From Candidatus Woesearchaeota archaeon (GTDB lineage Archaea; Nanobdellota; Nanobdellia; Woesearchaeales; WJIZ01): a stretch of 35,914 bases of DNA. Below the pieces are notes generated by a model. The model had not been told where the DNA came from. It did not search any database and saw nothing but the letters and a program-made list of their open reading frames with translations. Of this stretch, positions 17,346-26,780 are shown in pieces. The stretch is taken from positions 1 to 35,914 of the forward strand of contig JAAOYF010000049.1 of the NCBI GenBank assembly GCA_018221205.1. Direction: 5' to 3'. Positions within the stretch are counted from its first letter, which is position 1. Each line of letters opens with the position of its first letter. Made by a program: the position numbers and the translations under genes.

Positions 17346-18488
17346 CTATCCAAACATCCGAAGATATTCTTCCCTATGCAGCTCTTCTTCTCTCTTCACC
17401 TTAATGACCGCATCTAAGAAATCTTTTCTTTTCACCTGAGACCTATTGTCTCTGATGGCAAAATAACCTGATTCAGTGCACACTGCTTTTATCTCTGCTC
17501 CAGAAAACTCATCCATCTTCTCAAGCAGGACATTCACATCAATGTCGCTATTGAGATTCATATTTTTGGTATGGATCTTGAATATCTCCAATCGTCCTTT
17601 CTTATCAGGATTAGGGACACGGATTAATCTATCCAGACGGCCGGGCCGTATGACAGCAGGATCCAGGATATCTTTTCGATTGGTGGCGCCTATAATCTTT
17701 ACATTATCAAGAGACTTGAAGCCGTCTATCTCAGCAAGAAGCTGCATGAATGTCCTGTTTGCCTCTCTCTCACCAGAAGTGCCCACTTCCATTCGTTTAG
17801 CAGCAAGACTGTCGAGCTCATCGATGAATACGATGCTTGGAGCTTTCTTCCGCGCCAATTCAAAGATCTCTTTGACTAATTTCGCTCCCTCGCCGATGAA
17901 TTTCTGGACAAGCTCGCTCCCGACAACTTCGATGAACGTTGAATGTGTTGAAGCAGCGACAGCTTTCGCCAATAAGGTCTTTCCTGTTCCAGGAGGACCA
18001 TAGAGTAGAATCCCTTTTGGAGGAGTGATGCCTACTTTCTTGAACAGTTCAGGCTTTTTCAAGGGCAGTTCAATGACCTCTTTGATCTCCCGCTCCTGTT
18101 CCTTCAGGCCGCCGATCGCATCCCATTTCACTTTAGGCTTCTCCACAATGACAAATTTCTCGACATTGAATTTCTTTGACGTATCGATAGTCTTGACAAT
18201 ATTCAGGTTCTTCTGGTCGCATAACACTCCATCACCGACTTTCAATTTCAGTGATTTGTCAAAGTTGACATAGAACTGGTTGCCGTTAGGGATACGGATG
18301 ACAGCATTCTCCTTGACAATGTCCATCACTTCGCAGACCATCAGTGGAGGAAGCTTAAGACGATCAATCTCTTCCTTCAGTTTGTTGATCGTTTCCTTCA
18401 ACATACGATTTTCTTCTTCAAGAAGTGTAGAAGCAGAAGTGTAGCTATACAGCACCGAGTCGATGATGTTCTTATCCTTCGTCGTCAT
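17346..18488 (-). CDS. pan: Proteasome-activating nucleotidase
   Basis: N-terminal coiled coil ending in PPL, OB domain, GPPGTGKTLLAKA, SELVQKFIGEGA, IDELD, RPGRLDR, HbYX-like C-terminus MFG. Confidence 0.95.
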   Translation of the reverse strand: MTTKDKNIIDSVLYSYTSASTLLEEENRMLKETINKLKEEIDRLKLPPLMVCEVMDIVKENAVIRIPNGNQFYVNFDKSLKLKVGDGVLCDQKNLNIVKTIDTSKKFNVEKFVIVEKPKVKWDAIGGLKEQEREIKEVIELPLKKPELFKKVGITPPKGILLYGPPGTGKTLLAKAVAASTHSTFIEVVGSELVQKFIGEGAKLVKEIFELARKKAPSIVFIDELDSLAAKRMEVGTSGEREANRTFMQLLAEIDGFKSLDNVKIIGATNRKDILDPAVIRPGRLDRLIRVPNPDKKGRLEIFKIHTKNMNLNSDIDVNVLLEKMDEFSGAEIKAVCTESGYFAIRDNRSQVKRKDFLDAVIKVKREEELHREEYLRMFG

Positions 18489-18524
18489 TGTGATGGGTTA
18501 GTTAGTTACCATTTAAATAGATTG

Positions 18525-19481
18525 TCATAATAGTTTTCCTTTCTTCATGACTAATTTCTTATCAAAATAAATATCCGGCCGCGTAATAACACAGTCGATA
18601 TGCAGCGGAACATTCACTGTTCCGCCAAAACCGATATTATTGCCAAGGGCGATATGGCAAGTACCATATACTTTCTCATCTTCAAGGACAATGCCGGTGA
18701 CTTTTGCTTTTCTGTTCAGCCCAATACCAAGTTCTGCGATATTACGTGCCTTTCGTCCTACTTTATCAAGCACCTTTTCGATCTGAGGAGGTTTCTTCCC
18801 ATCAGTCACCTTCTTCAAGAATCCATTCTCGACGAAAAAGATCAACGGATGCCCCGTCTTTCCGAAGCCCGCAATGCTACCATCAACAACAAACACACCA
18901 GAAGCAGTTCCTTCGACAGGTGCGATGAAAGCTTCTCCTTCAGGCAGATTGCCCCAATAACCTTTTTTATCAAAGATTCCGGCTTTAAGGCCGTGCGCTT
19001 TCCTTCCTTTGACACTGAAACCGAAATCAGTGCCGAAAGATGTTTTTATCCTTACAGTCTTTGCTTTGTCGAGCTTCTTTCCCAGCTTCAACGTATCTTG
19101 CTTTAATCTTTTATAATCAATATCAATGCTTCTTTTCAGGATATCCCCAGTGATCATCGGCATCGACGCAATCCGTATGCCTTTCTTGGTCATATCTCTC
19201 CGTGCTTTTGTATGCGATAGAGAAAAACTGGTGATAAAGAGGGCAACCTTATACTTCTTCATCTCCTTGCTTGCTTTCAGAGGGGGCTCCTGCCCATTGA
19301 CCTTAGCGAGAGGGATTTTTAACAGCTCAACACTATCAGAGAACAGCAATCCGATCTTCTTGAAACGTTTAGCTAATCTCTCTTTTCTGACATCATAGAC
19401 AATAACAACACTCTCTTGTTGCTTCACTCCAAGGTTCTTCGAGTAAACAATAGAAATAGCCTTGTCTAGTTTAGATAACAA
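18525..19481 (-). CDS. M29-like (aminopeptidase T/AmpS) metallo-aminopeptidase
   Basis: GNLP.GEAF.AP, IAELGIGLN, LEDEK..GT.HIALG, HID. Probable TTG start at 19481 after GGGAAG; upstream ATGs at 19517 and 19532 are alternatives. Confidence 0.85.
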   Translation of the reverse strand: MLSKLDKAISIVYSKNLGVKQQESVVIVYDVRKERLAKRFKKIGLLFSDSVELLKIPLAKVNGQEPPLKASKEMKKYKVALFITSFSLSHTKARRDMTKKGIRIASMPMITGDILKRSIDIDYKRLKQDTLKLGKKLDKAKTVRIKTSFGTDFGFSVKGRKAHGLKAGIFDKKGYWGNLPEGEAFIAPVEGTASGVFVVDGSIAGFGKTGHPLIFFVENGFLKKVTDGKKPPQIEKVLDKVGRKARNIAELGIGLNRKAKVTGIVLEDEKVYGTCHIALGNNIGFGGTVNVPLHIDCVITRPDIYFDKKLVMKKGKLL

Positions 19482-21228
19482 ACTTCCCTTTCTTATGTAT
19501 CCAGTGTCTCTTGCCATTCTTTTCAATGCCATAGATGTCCAGTTGTTGTCTTGGCGCGTTGATCACGATGTCTGTATGGTAAACGCTTGCCCTATCAGGC
19601 TCAAAACCGCTTCCCAACGCAATATGGATCATATGCGCAATCTTCTCGTTCACGATGAGATAATTGCACAGCTCTGCTTTGGGATTGGTATTGATCGCAA
19701 ATTCACCGATGTTCATGAAATTTTTCTTCTGTATCTCAATGATTTCTCGCGGGAGAGATTTATTCTTCTCCTGCTTGCGCAACGCCTTCATGCCCTCGTT
19801 GCGCTTGTCTTGAAATTTTTTGAGAATATCACTTGGACCATCAACTATCTTATAAGTGTTTCCCTTGCAGTTCACGACTATGGGCCTCTTAGTATCTAAC
19901 CGATAGCTCTGGTCTAGGCTGATGACAACATCACCGATGAACTGTCCCTTGACATATTCTGGTGTGACAAACCCCTCGCCGCCAGGAATATTTGCCATCG
20001 TTCCTGCTTTGATGCCTTTCTTCAGTAATTTTGGCTGGATCAGATGTCTGGTAGCCACATCACTTCCCCGGAAATATCTCCTACCGTGCTTTCCGACAAG
20101 GCCGACCTTCAGATCTGTCTGATATTTTCCGAACTTCTTTCCTTTGACAATGATATACTCGCTCTTATCCCCGATGTTCCTGATTTTCCAATCTCGCTTG
20201 GCCATAGCAAGCCAATCTATAAAACTGGTCTTGATGAAGATATCGATAGGAAGGGTTTCAGTAAATGCAATCCGAGACAAAGGCTTTCGAGGATCTAACC
20301 TCGTCTGAGGATCAAAATCAAGCTTGAACATCATCCGTGCCGGACTGCTCCACCTTGTCTTATTCCCAGGAGCAGGATAACCGACATATTCTCCAAAGAT
20401 ATGCTTGCCCCGATATCCTTTTCCGCGTGTACCGAAGACAGCACTGGCAACCTCCATCCTGTTGATCCGTAACAACGAAGATAGCATATTGAATTTCTTA
20501 AATATCAATTCATCACTCTGTTTCGAAAGCTCACAACCAAGCAGCGTAGTCTTTAACTCTGACACGCGCTCAGCATCATCAAGCTGTGTCTTCCGCGCAG
20601 ATGACGCAGCCATACTTATTTTATGCTTCCTAACAGCACGCATCATCGCATAACAGATCTGGAAATTATCAAGATAATCTTCGACAGGCAAACCCAATTC
20701 AGCTTTCTTCCTGAGCAGGGTGAAGCCGATACTCACCCTTTCCTTTTTCTTTAGGTCATACACTTGCTTGAAGACAACTTTTCCTGTCTTCACCAGATCC
20801 TTTTGCCTATATTCTTTCATCCAGGACATATCAAAAGGCAATGTTCCCGAGAAACCGTTTTTTCCAGCCCTCAGCACAATTTCCGGAGCTTTGAAGATCC
20901 GCCCCAATTCTCCTTTACATAATCCATCTGCAAGCAAGATAAATTCTTTCAGGGCCTTTGTTTTCTTGTTTTTAACGCCTTTCTGCAGATTATTATAGGT
21001 TTTCCACACTTCTTCCAACACAGCCAGGCTGCCGGATCTTCCTTTATACACAAAAACAGAGATATCTCCACCCAGTTCATCGACTGCCTGAGAAAGTGGA
21101 GCAAGAGAATAATATGCTTTCTTCTGATCAAGGCCAAGACTGACTAAAACAGATTTTCCTTTTATCTTGCCGAGAGATTTCTTATAGCGCTCAACAACCT
21201 TCTGCAGCTTTTTCAGATCATATCTCAT
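19471..21228 (-). CDS. Large M29-like aminopeptidase with long N-terminal extension
   Basis: C-terminal NIPGGEGF.TP, IGEFAINTN, NEK...M.HIALG, HTD motifs. The N-terminal ~300 aa are not recognised. Confidence 0.7.
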   Translation of the reverse strand: MRYDLKKLQKVVERYKKSLGKIKGKSVLVSLGLDQKKAYYSLAPLSQAVDELGGDISVFVYKGRSGSLAVLEEVWKTYNNLQKGVKNKKTKALKEFILLADGLCKGELGRIFKAPEIVLRAGKNGFSGTLPFDMSWMKEYRQKDLVKTGKVVFKQVYDLKKKERVSIGFTLLRKKAELGLPVEDYLDNFQICYAMMRAVRKHKISMAASSARKTQLDDAERVSELKTTLLGCELSKQSDELIFKKFNMLSSLLRINRMEVASAVFGTRGKGYRGKHIFGEYVGYPAPGNKTRWSSPARMMFKLDFDPQTRLDPRKPLSRIAFTETLPIDIFIKTSFIDWLAMAKRDWKIRNIGDKSEYIIVKGKKFGKYQTDLKVGLVGKHGRRYFRGSDVATRHLIQPKLLKKGIKAGTMANIPGGEGFVTPEYVKGQFIGDVVISLDQSYRLDTKRPIVVNCKGNTYKIVDGPSDILKKFQDKRNEGMKALRKQEKNKSLPREIIEIQKKNFMNIGEFAINTNPKAELCNYLIVNEKIAHMIHIALGSGFEPDRASVYHTDIVINAPRQQLDIYGIEKNGKRHWIHKKGKFVI

Positions 21229-22289
21229 TTTACAATCAATTTTTTTGGAGTCTTCGTTAGAATTCTTAATCTTCCTTTCTCCATGACAATACTATCTTCG
21301 ATGCGCATGCCGAATTTTCCAGGAACATAGATGCCAGGTTCGACAGTGAACACCATATTATTCTCAAAACTATCTTTAGAGGCAGGCAAGAGATTAGGCC
21401 ATTCATGTATCTGCAAACCAATGCCATGCCCCAGGCCATGAGTAAAATATTTACCATATGTTCCTAACAGACTGACAGTCTCCTCAAAACTTTTGGTGCA
21501 TCTCTTTCCGAGCTTGATATCCATGATGACCTTTTTCTGTGTCTCCAAGAGAAGTGAATACACTTTTTTCTCCTGCTGAGAAGGCTTTCCGAGATAGATT
21601 GTCCGGGTCATATCAGCATGATATCCTTTGTACTTGATACCAAAGTCAATGACGAGAAAACCTTTCCGCAACGAAATATTCTTTGCCTCATAATGGGGCA
21701 TCGAAGCACCTTTTCCGCTGGCAACAATAGGTTTGAACGCAAGCTCACAGCCTTGTTTGATCGTCTCCACATGCAAAAATTGTTCAACTTCTTTCTCAGT
21801 CTTGAAGGTCCGTATTCGAGATATACATTTCTGCAGTATCTTATCAGTAAGAGAACATGCTTTCCCCAAAATCTTAATCTCTTCCTTGGATTTTATCCTT
21901 CTGATCCTGACACAGTCCAGAGCAATATCTTTTACTCTGCCTTTGATATATTTCTTCAATGATCGATAGACAGCCAAGTTCATATCAACTCTTGATATGC
22001 CTAAGGTTTTCACACGAATCCTCCTTTTACGCAGGACTTCCTTGAGAAAATCAAATAATCTTTTGCCTTTCTTCCATTTCATCACCCTAACTTTTGAATC
22101 TTGCTTGGCCCGTTCATATTCCATTTCAGGAACTAAAAGAAAAGAAGGTTTGTTCCGAGGAACAACCAAGCAACCCATCCCCCGATAACCAGAGAGATAG
22201 TATTGATTTTTATCATAATAATCAGAATCAAATGTGCAGAACAATGCGATATCGATCTTTTTTTCCTGCAGCACCTTCTTAATGTTCAT
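21225..22289 (-). CDS. Xaa-Pro aminopeptidase/prolidase (M24)
   Basis: Creatinase-N domain, R.IKS.EEI, AF..IVASG...PH, IDFG....Y..DMTRT, HGLGHGIG..IHE, FTVEPGIY, RIED. Start at ATG 22289. Confidence 0.93.
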   Translation of the reverse strand: MNIKKVLQEKKIDIALFCTFDSDYYDKNQYYLSGYRGMGCLVVPRNKPSFLLVPEMEYERAKQDSKVRVMKWKKGKRLFDFLKEVLRKRRIRVKTLGISRVDMNLAVYRSLKKYIKGRVKDIALDCVRIRRIKSKEEIKILGKACSLTDKILQKCISRIRTFKTEKEVEQFLHVETIKQGCELAFKPIVASGKGASMPHYEAKNISLRKGFLVIDFGIKYKGYHADMTRTIYLGKPSQQEKKVYSLLLETQKKVIMDIKLGKRCTKSFEETVSLLGTYGKYFTHGLGHGIGLQIHEWPNLLPASKDSFENNMVFTVEPGIYVPGKFGMRIEDSIVMEKGRLRILTKTPKKLIVK

Positions 22290-22320
22290 GGGAAAATAGA
22301 AAGACAGCGCCTTTAAAAAA

Positions 22321-23382
22321 TTACCGTGTAACAGTAAAATGCTTGATCTCTTCAGCAAGCTTCTTGGCAGTTCCACTGTTCAATTTTTTCCGTACAGGCT
22401 CAAGCAACCCATTAAGATAACCTGAAACAGCTTCCTTGACATCCATCGGATGAATTTTTTTGTCAGCAAAAGCCTTCTCCAAATCACCATAGCTCGTAAA
22501 GCTGACATCCCCACCAAACTTAGCAGGCCGCTTGATATCAAAGCTTTTAATTTTTTCAAAGATGATATATTTACAATACTCCAAAATAGGATTATCCTCA
22601 ACAACACCTTCAGGACAGTACGCTTTCTTTATCTTCCGGGAAATCTCATCAGCACTATCACTCATAAAAATAGCAGTATCTGGCTTTGACTTAGACATCT
22701 TCATCTCAATAGCTCGATCAGCTCCTTTCAATCCTTTAGGGGGCTGCCCCAACCCCAGTAACATATGATGGCTCACCACAATAGGCTTCCAATAACCAAG
22801 TTTTGGCCCTAATTCCCGGGCAAGAACATTCACTTTACGCTGATCCATCCCTAATTGGGTGATGTCTGCTTTCAGATGGAAGATATCTGCTGCCTGCATG
22901 CAGGGATAGAGTATCTGAGAAGCTTGCAAAGATTCACTTTCCTTCCTTCCCATGATCTGAGCAGTACGGACAATCCGTTTGATAGTGGAATGCCTGCTCA
23001 CCTGCATGACTTTTTCCCAATATCCTTCCTCTTTGACAAGATCAGAAGCCCAAACAAAGTCAACATGAGAAAGATCCATATCACAGGCCTTCCATACCTC
23101 AATCAAGTACTTACCGACTTTCTGTATATGCTCCAAATTTCCGCTTAGCTTGTTATTTGCCCAGGCATGCCAGTCCGCTATCAGCATCTTGAATGTACAG
23201 CCAGCCTTGATCATCTTGTTGATGTTGATTGCCCGAAGCAGACCCTGTGCAATATGGATATCCACACCAGAAGGCTCAAACCCATCATACGCAACAATCT
23301 CCTTTTTCTTCAAGATCTCTTTAAGTTCATCTTCAGTGAGAATCTCCTCTCCAACTTCCTTAATCAAAGCCATTCTATCCAT
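22321..23382 (-). CDS. tyrS: Tyrosyl-tRNA synthetase (archaeal type)
   Basis: YDGFEPSG, HIAQ, IADWHA, YP.MQAAD, GMDQRK, KMSKS, KFGG, HPMD.K. Confidence 0.96.
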   Translation of the reverse strand: MDRMALIKEVGEEILTEDELKEILKKKEIVAYDGFEPSGVDIHIAQGLLRAININKMIKAGCTFKMLIADWHAWANNKLSGNLEHIQKVGKYLIEVWKACDMDLSHVDFVWASDLVKEEGYWEKVMQVSRHSTIKRIVRTAQIMGRKESESLQASQILYPCMQAADIFHLKADITQLGMDQRKVNVLARELGPKLGYWKPIVVSHHMLLGLGQPPKGLKGADRAIEMKMSKSKPDTAIFMSDSADEISRKIKKAYCPEGVVEDNPILEYCKYIIFEKIKSFDIKRPAKFGGDVSFTSYGDLEKAFADKKIHPMDVKEAVSGYLNGLLEPVRKKLNSGTAKKLAEEIKHFTVTR

Positions 23383-23484
23383 ATCACCCTAGAAATATCC
23401 AAGATATTAAAACCTTATGATTGGATTTTGTCCCTACTGGCCAAAAACAAAAGATTTAAATACATCTCACCTCTAAAAACCAGC

Positions 23485-23748
23485 ATGACTGAAGGAGATA
23501 AGAAGTTCGCAAAACAGATTCTGGGCAAGACAGTGGTCTCAAAAACCGGTAAGAAGTTCGGCACAGTTGGGGACATTATTTTCGAGACAAGATCAGGGGA
23601 ATTGATCCATCTTGTATTGGCAACCCCTACAGAATACATCGCGAAATTAGAGCTTGAAAAAGATTCTGAAGGAAAACTATTGATTCCATTCTCATCAGTC
23701 ATCGCTGTCGGCGATTTTGTCGTTGTTTCTGAAGAAGATATTATTTAA
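23485..23748 (+). CDS. PRC-barrel domain protein (CdpB-like, putative FtsZ-based division factor)
   Basis: L.GK.VV...G...G.V.DI.F...SG.L...IPF..V.AVGD.VVV PRC-barrel signature, 87 aa. ATG 23485 lies ~26 bp from TTTAAATA. Confidence 0.88.
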   Translation: MTEGDKKFAKQILGKTVVSKTGKKFGTVGDIIFETRSGELIHLVLATPTEYIAKLELEKDSEGKLLIPFSSVIAVGDFVVVSEEDII

Positions 23749-23823
23749 GTCGTGGGCTTGAGCGAAGCGAAACCCACATTGCGTGCCAACTGAGCGTAAC
23801 CAGTTGGAAGATATTATTTAAGT
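23734..23823. mobile_element. 56-bp double-hairpin (REP/MITE-like) insert flanked by a 17-bp direct repeat
   Basis: GAAGATATTATTTAAGT occurs exactly at 23734-23750 and 23807-23823. Between them are hairpins GTGGGCTT..AAACCCAC (loop with GCGAAGC) and CCAACTG..CAGTTGG. Confidence 0.6.
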
Positions 23824-23858
23824 TAACTATTTAAATCAACTCAGCTTCCTAGAATGCC

Positions 23859-24812
23859 ATGGAACATGCTATTTGGACTGAGAAATACCGTCCTAAAACC
23901 TTCTCAGATATCAAAGGCCAGAAAGAGATAGTAGGCAGAGTGAAGAACTTCGTAGAGCAGAAGAACATGCCTCATTTATTGTTCGCAGGCCCCGCAGGAG
24001 TGGGCAAGACATCTCTAGCGCTCGTTATAGCCAAGCAGCTTTTCGAAGGGCAATGGCACCAGAATTTTCTAGAATTGAATGCATCAGATGAAAGGGGAAT
24101 CGATGTCATCAGGAACAAAGTCAAGGATTTTGCAAGGACAAGGGCAATAGGAGATGTTCCCTTTAAGATCATTTACTTAGATGAATGCGACGCCCTTACG
24201 AAAGAGGCCCAGCAGGCATTGAGGCGAACCATGGAGAATTACACTCAAACGTGCAGATTTGTCTTAGGCTGCAATTATTCAAGCAAGATAATCGACCCTA
24301 TCCAATCAAGATGTGCAGTCTTCAGGTTCAAACCATTAGAGAAAGAAGAACTGCATAAGATAATAGACATAATTGCAAAACAAGAGGACCTAAAAGTTGA
24401 TGAGAAGGCAAAAGCAGCATTGATAGAGGTCTCAGAAGGAGACTGCAGAAAATTAGAGAACATTCTACAAGCGAGTGCAGTCATGGGCAAGCATATAACC
24501 GAAGATACTATCTTCTCCATGGCATCATCTGCCAAACCAAAAGAAGTCATTGACATTCTTAACCTTGCAGTCAGCAATAAATTCGTAGATGCAAGAAACA
24601 AACTCTTAGATACCATGCTTAAGCACGGATTATCAGGATTAGATATCATAAAACAGATGCAGAAAGAAATACTGAATCTAGACTTAGAAGGAAGGAAGCA
24701 ACTAGAACTGATAGCAAAATGCGGCGAAGCCGAGTTCAGAATATCTGAAGGCTCTGATGAGTACCTCCAATTAGAAGCGTTCTTGGCCCAGGTGGCGTTG
24801 ATAAAAAATTAA
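23859..24812 (+). CDS. rfcS: Replication factor C small subunit
   Basis: WTEKYRP, PHLLF.GP.GVGKT, LELNASDERGID, LDECD.LT..AQQALRRTME, IQSRC. Confidence 0.97.
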   Translation: MEHAIWTEKYRPKTFSDIKGQKEIVGRVKNFVEQKNMPHLLFAGPAGVGKTSLALVIAKQLFEGQWHQNFLELNASDERGIDVIRNKVKDFARTRAIGDVPFKIIYLDECDALTKEAQQALRRTMENYTQTCRFVLGCNYSSKIIDPIQSRCAVFRFKPLEKEELHKIIDIIAKQEDLKVDEKAKAALIEVSEGDCRKLENILQASAVMGKHITEDTIFSMASSAKPKEVIDILNLAVSNKFVDARNKLLDTMLKHGLSGLDIIKQMQKEILNLDLEGRKQLELIAKCGEAEFRISEGSDEYLQLEAFLAQVALIKN

Positions 24813-25744
24813 GTCAAAGAATGTTTGACTAGAACACTCTTCTCCTTGAACCCTTCATAATCATACACCAGTTTGACTACAACCGGCTGCTCATAATCTG
24901 AATTCGTAGCAACAGTCTGAGTGCATGTAACAGGTTTCTCATTGCCATACAGCGTGATAAAGCCGGAAGTAGCATCTCCCTCACTCAAGCCGCTACATTC
25001 TAATCCTTCGATGCCAGAATCAACCTCGATATAGATCCTGTCCTCAAATTTCCTGCTGCTTTCATCGCAGCTGCTTTCCATCAGATAGATCCGGCCATTT
25101 CCCTTATGCACCACATCAAAAGTGAAGCTTATTTTATTCTTGGCCCGGGAATTCTCCTTGAAATCCTCTATCTGAAGAGGAGCACCAGAGCTGAATACAT
25201 CCTTGTTCTCATTGATCGTGCACACATCATCATCGTCATCATCAAGGTTATCTCCTTTGATACAGATCTTTGAATTTGCAGTGGTCTCATACAGATAACA
25301 GACATCTGCCCTGAACGTAAACTTTGTATTCCCAGTTAACATACCCACATGGTTGAAATCACGATATTCCACAAACACAGGAGAGCTTTCATCGATATCT
25401 CCTTCAGAATCCTTTCTGTTGGCTCGGACATCCTCTTCAGGGTTCTGCACAAGCCCAAGTTCTGTCTTGCTGAACTCACTGGCAAGAACACCTGAGATAG
25501 TCACTCTGATATCTTCTTTGTTGATGGCAGCCTCTCCTTCATTCTCTAATCTCACAGCGATGTCAAAAGGAAAATCTCCTCCATCAAATACTTCATCAGG
25601 AGGTGCATCCTCCTCAAAGGAGATGATCAGGCCGTCAGTGCCGCCGATGAAAGGATCTTCATCTGTTGTCGCGACAGTACTTCCATCATCACATCCGTAG
25701 ATGACAAAAAGTGCCAAAAGCAGTAGTATGATTGTTTTTTTCAT
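24809..25744 (-). CDS. Cys-rich surface lipoprotein, paralog 3 (two Ig-like beta-sandwich units)
   Basis: Lipobox IYGC (Cys18), CYLYET...CI...C, SSGAPL, VHKGNG, LVYDY. Shares motifs with the neighbouring genes. Confidence 0.75.
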   Translation of the reverse strand: MKKTIILLLLALFVIYGCDDGSTVATTDEDPFIGGTDGLIISFEEDAPPDEVFDGGDFPFDIAVRLENEGEAAINKEDIRVTISGVLASEFSKTELGLVQNPEEDVRANRKDSEGDIDESSPVFVEYRDFNHVGMLTGNTKFTFRADVCYLYETTANSKICIKGDNLDDDDDDVCTINENKDVFSSGAPLQIEDFKENSRAKNKISFTFDVVHKGNGRIYLMESSCDESSRKFEDRIYIEVDSGIEGLECSGLSEGDATSGFITLYGNEKPVTCTQTVATNSDYEQPVVVKLVYDYEGFKEKSVLVKHSLT

Positions 25745-25779
25745 GGTAGCTAACCTCTTATATTCAAAGTTTATAAACC

Positions 25780-26736
25780 TTACCGGTCAATATTGACAAT
25801 CTCGATCTTCTTATCGATCCAGTCCATATATCGATAGTCTAATTGAATTTGAAGGATGGTCTCAAAAGCGCTCTTGGAGACTGGCTTTCTGAACGTGCAG
25901 AAGATGAATCCATTTCCGCTTTCATCAAGCCTCACAGGATCGCGATAATCTCCATTAGGCGTGCATCGTGGTGAGGAATCATAAGGTAATTTAGCTTGAA
26001 CGATAACCCTGTCGACATCATTATAATCTAAATTCAAAGGACAGTCATTCCTGACATTCTCATCAACGACCTTTCCCCTTCCGACATTTCTGATATAGAT
26101 GCCGAAATGGACATTGTTGGCAGAGATCTCTTCATCAACTTTCGTGACAGCAACAGGCGCTCCTTGAGTGCCTAAGCTATACACCTTTCCTCTTCCACCC
26201 CTACCCAATGTACAGACCTTTTCTTCATCATGCACAGTATACGGCTCAGGATCGATGCATACCAGTGGCTCAGCGATCGTCCGATATTTATAACAGGCAG
26301 CAACGACCAAAGTAGGATTATAGAATTCTGAATTAAACAATGTTCCAACTCTATCAGCATGGAACTGCATCACTTCTCTTCCTCCTTGGGGACTGAACTG
26401 GCTCCTTCCCTGCAGATCTGAAGTCAGGAACGGTCCGCCATCCCACCTCTCTCCAGAGAATGATTTCTCATCAAAACCATAGATCTCTAATTTACCATCA
26501 AAGCTGTCCGTAACCGGATATGCTCCCACATTCCTGACCTCAATGAGGATATCAAGATCATCTCCAGAGAAGATCTTATCAGGAGGACTATTGCGCAAGA
26601 ACTCTAATTCCAATCCTTGAGAACCAGTGCGGTAATCCCGTTGGGAAATCCCCTCTCCATCAGGGTTTGTTCTTCTAGAACAGGCAGTCAACAAGACCAA
26701 TAATATGACCATAACTACGATGACTTCTTTTTTCAT
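25780..26736 (-). CDS. Cys-rich surface lipoprotein, paralog 2
   Basis: Lipobox LTAC (Cys19), IEVRNVG, CYKYRT...CID...C, TQGAPV, IRNVGRG, LDYRY. Confidence 0.75.
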   Translation of the reverse strand: MKKEVIVVMVILLVLLTACSRRTNPDGEGISQRDYRTGSQGLELEFLRNSPPDKIFSGDDLDILIEVRNVGAYPVTDSFDGKLEIYGFDEKSFSGERWDGGPFLTSDLQGRSQFSPQGGREVMQFHADRVGTLFNSEFYNPTLVVAACYKYRTIAEPLVCIDPEPYTVHDEEKVCTLGRGGRGKVYSLGTQGAPVAVTKVDEEISANNVHFGIYIRNVGRGKVVDENVRNDCPLNLDYNDVDRVIVQAKLPYDSSPRCTPNGDYRDPVRLDESGNGFIFCTFRKPVSKSAFETILQIQLDYRYMDWIDKKIEIVNIDR

Positions 26737-26780
26737 TTCCTTTACTACTCACCCATAAATTTCTATATAAAAGTATCGAT

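Noticed and set aside
23167..23484. Long N-terminal extension of the PRC-barrel ORF
   Set aside because: It is antisense to tyrS. The TATA position supports ATG 23485.
23734..23823. Repeat-spacer-repeat as a mini CRISPR array
   Set aside because: The repeat is only 17 bp, is the gene's own 3' end, has two copies and a structured spacer, and no cas genes are present.
3054..24812. Inteins at the usual DP2, MCM and RFC-S insertion sites
   Set aside because: The motifs are contiguous (RRDCDGDE, GKSQ, GVGKT) and the protein lengths are normal.
25224..25244. (TCA)n trinucleotide-like run
   Set aside because: It encodes a short poly-Asp loop in the lipoprotein and is imperfect, with no evidence of a contingency locus.
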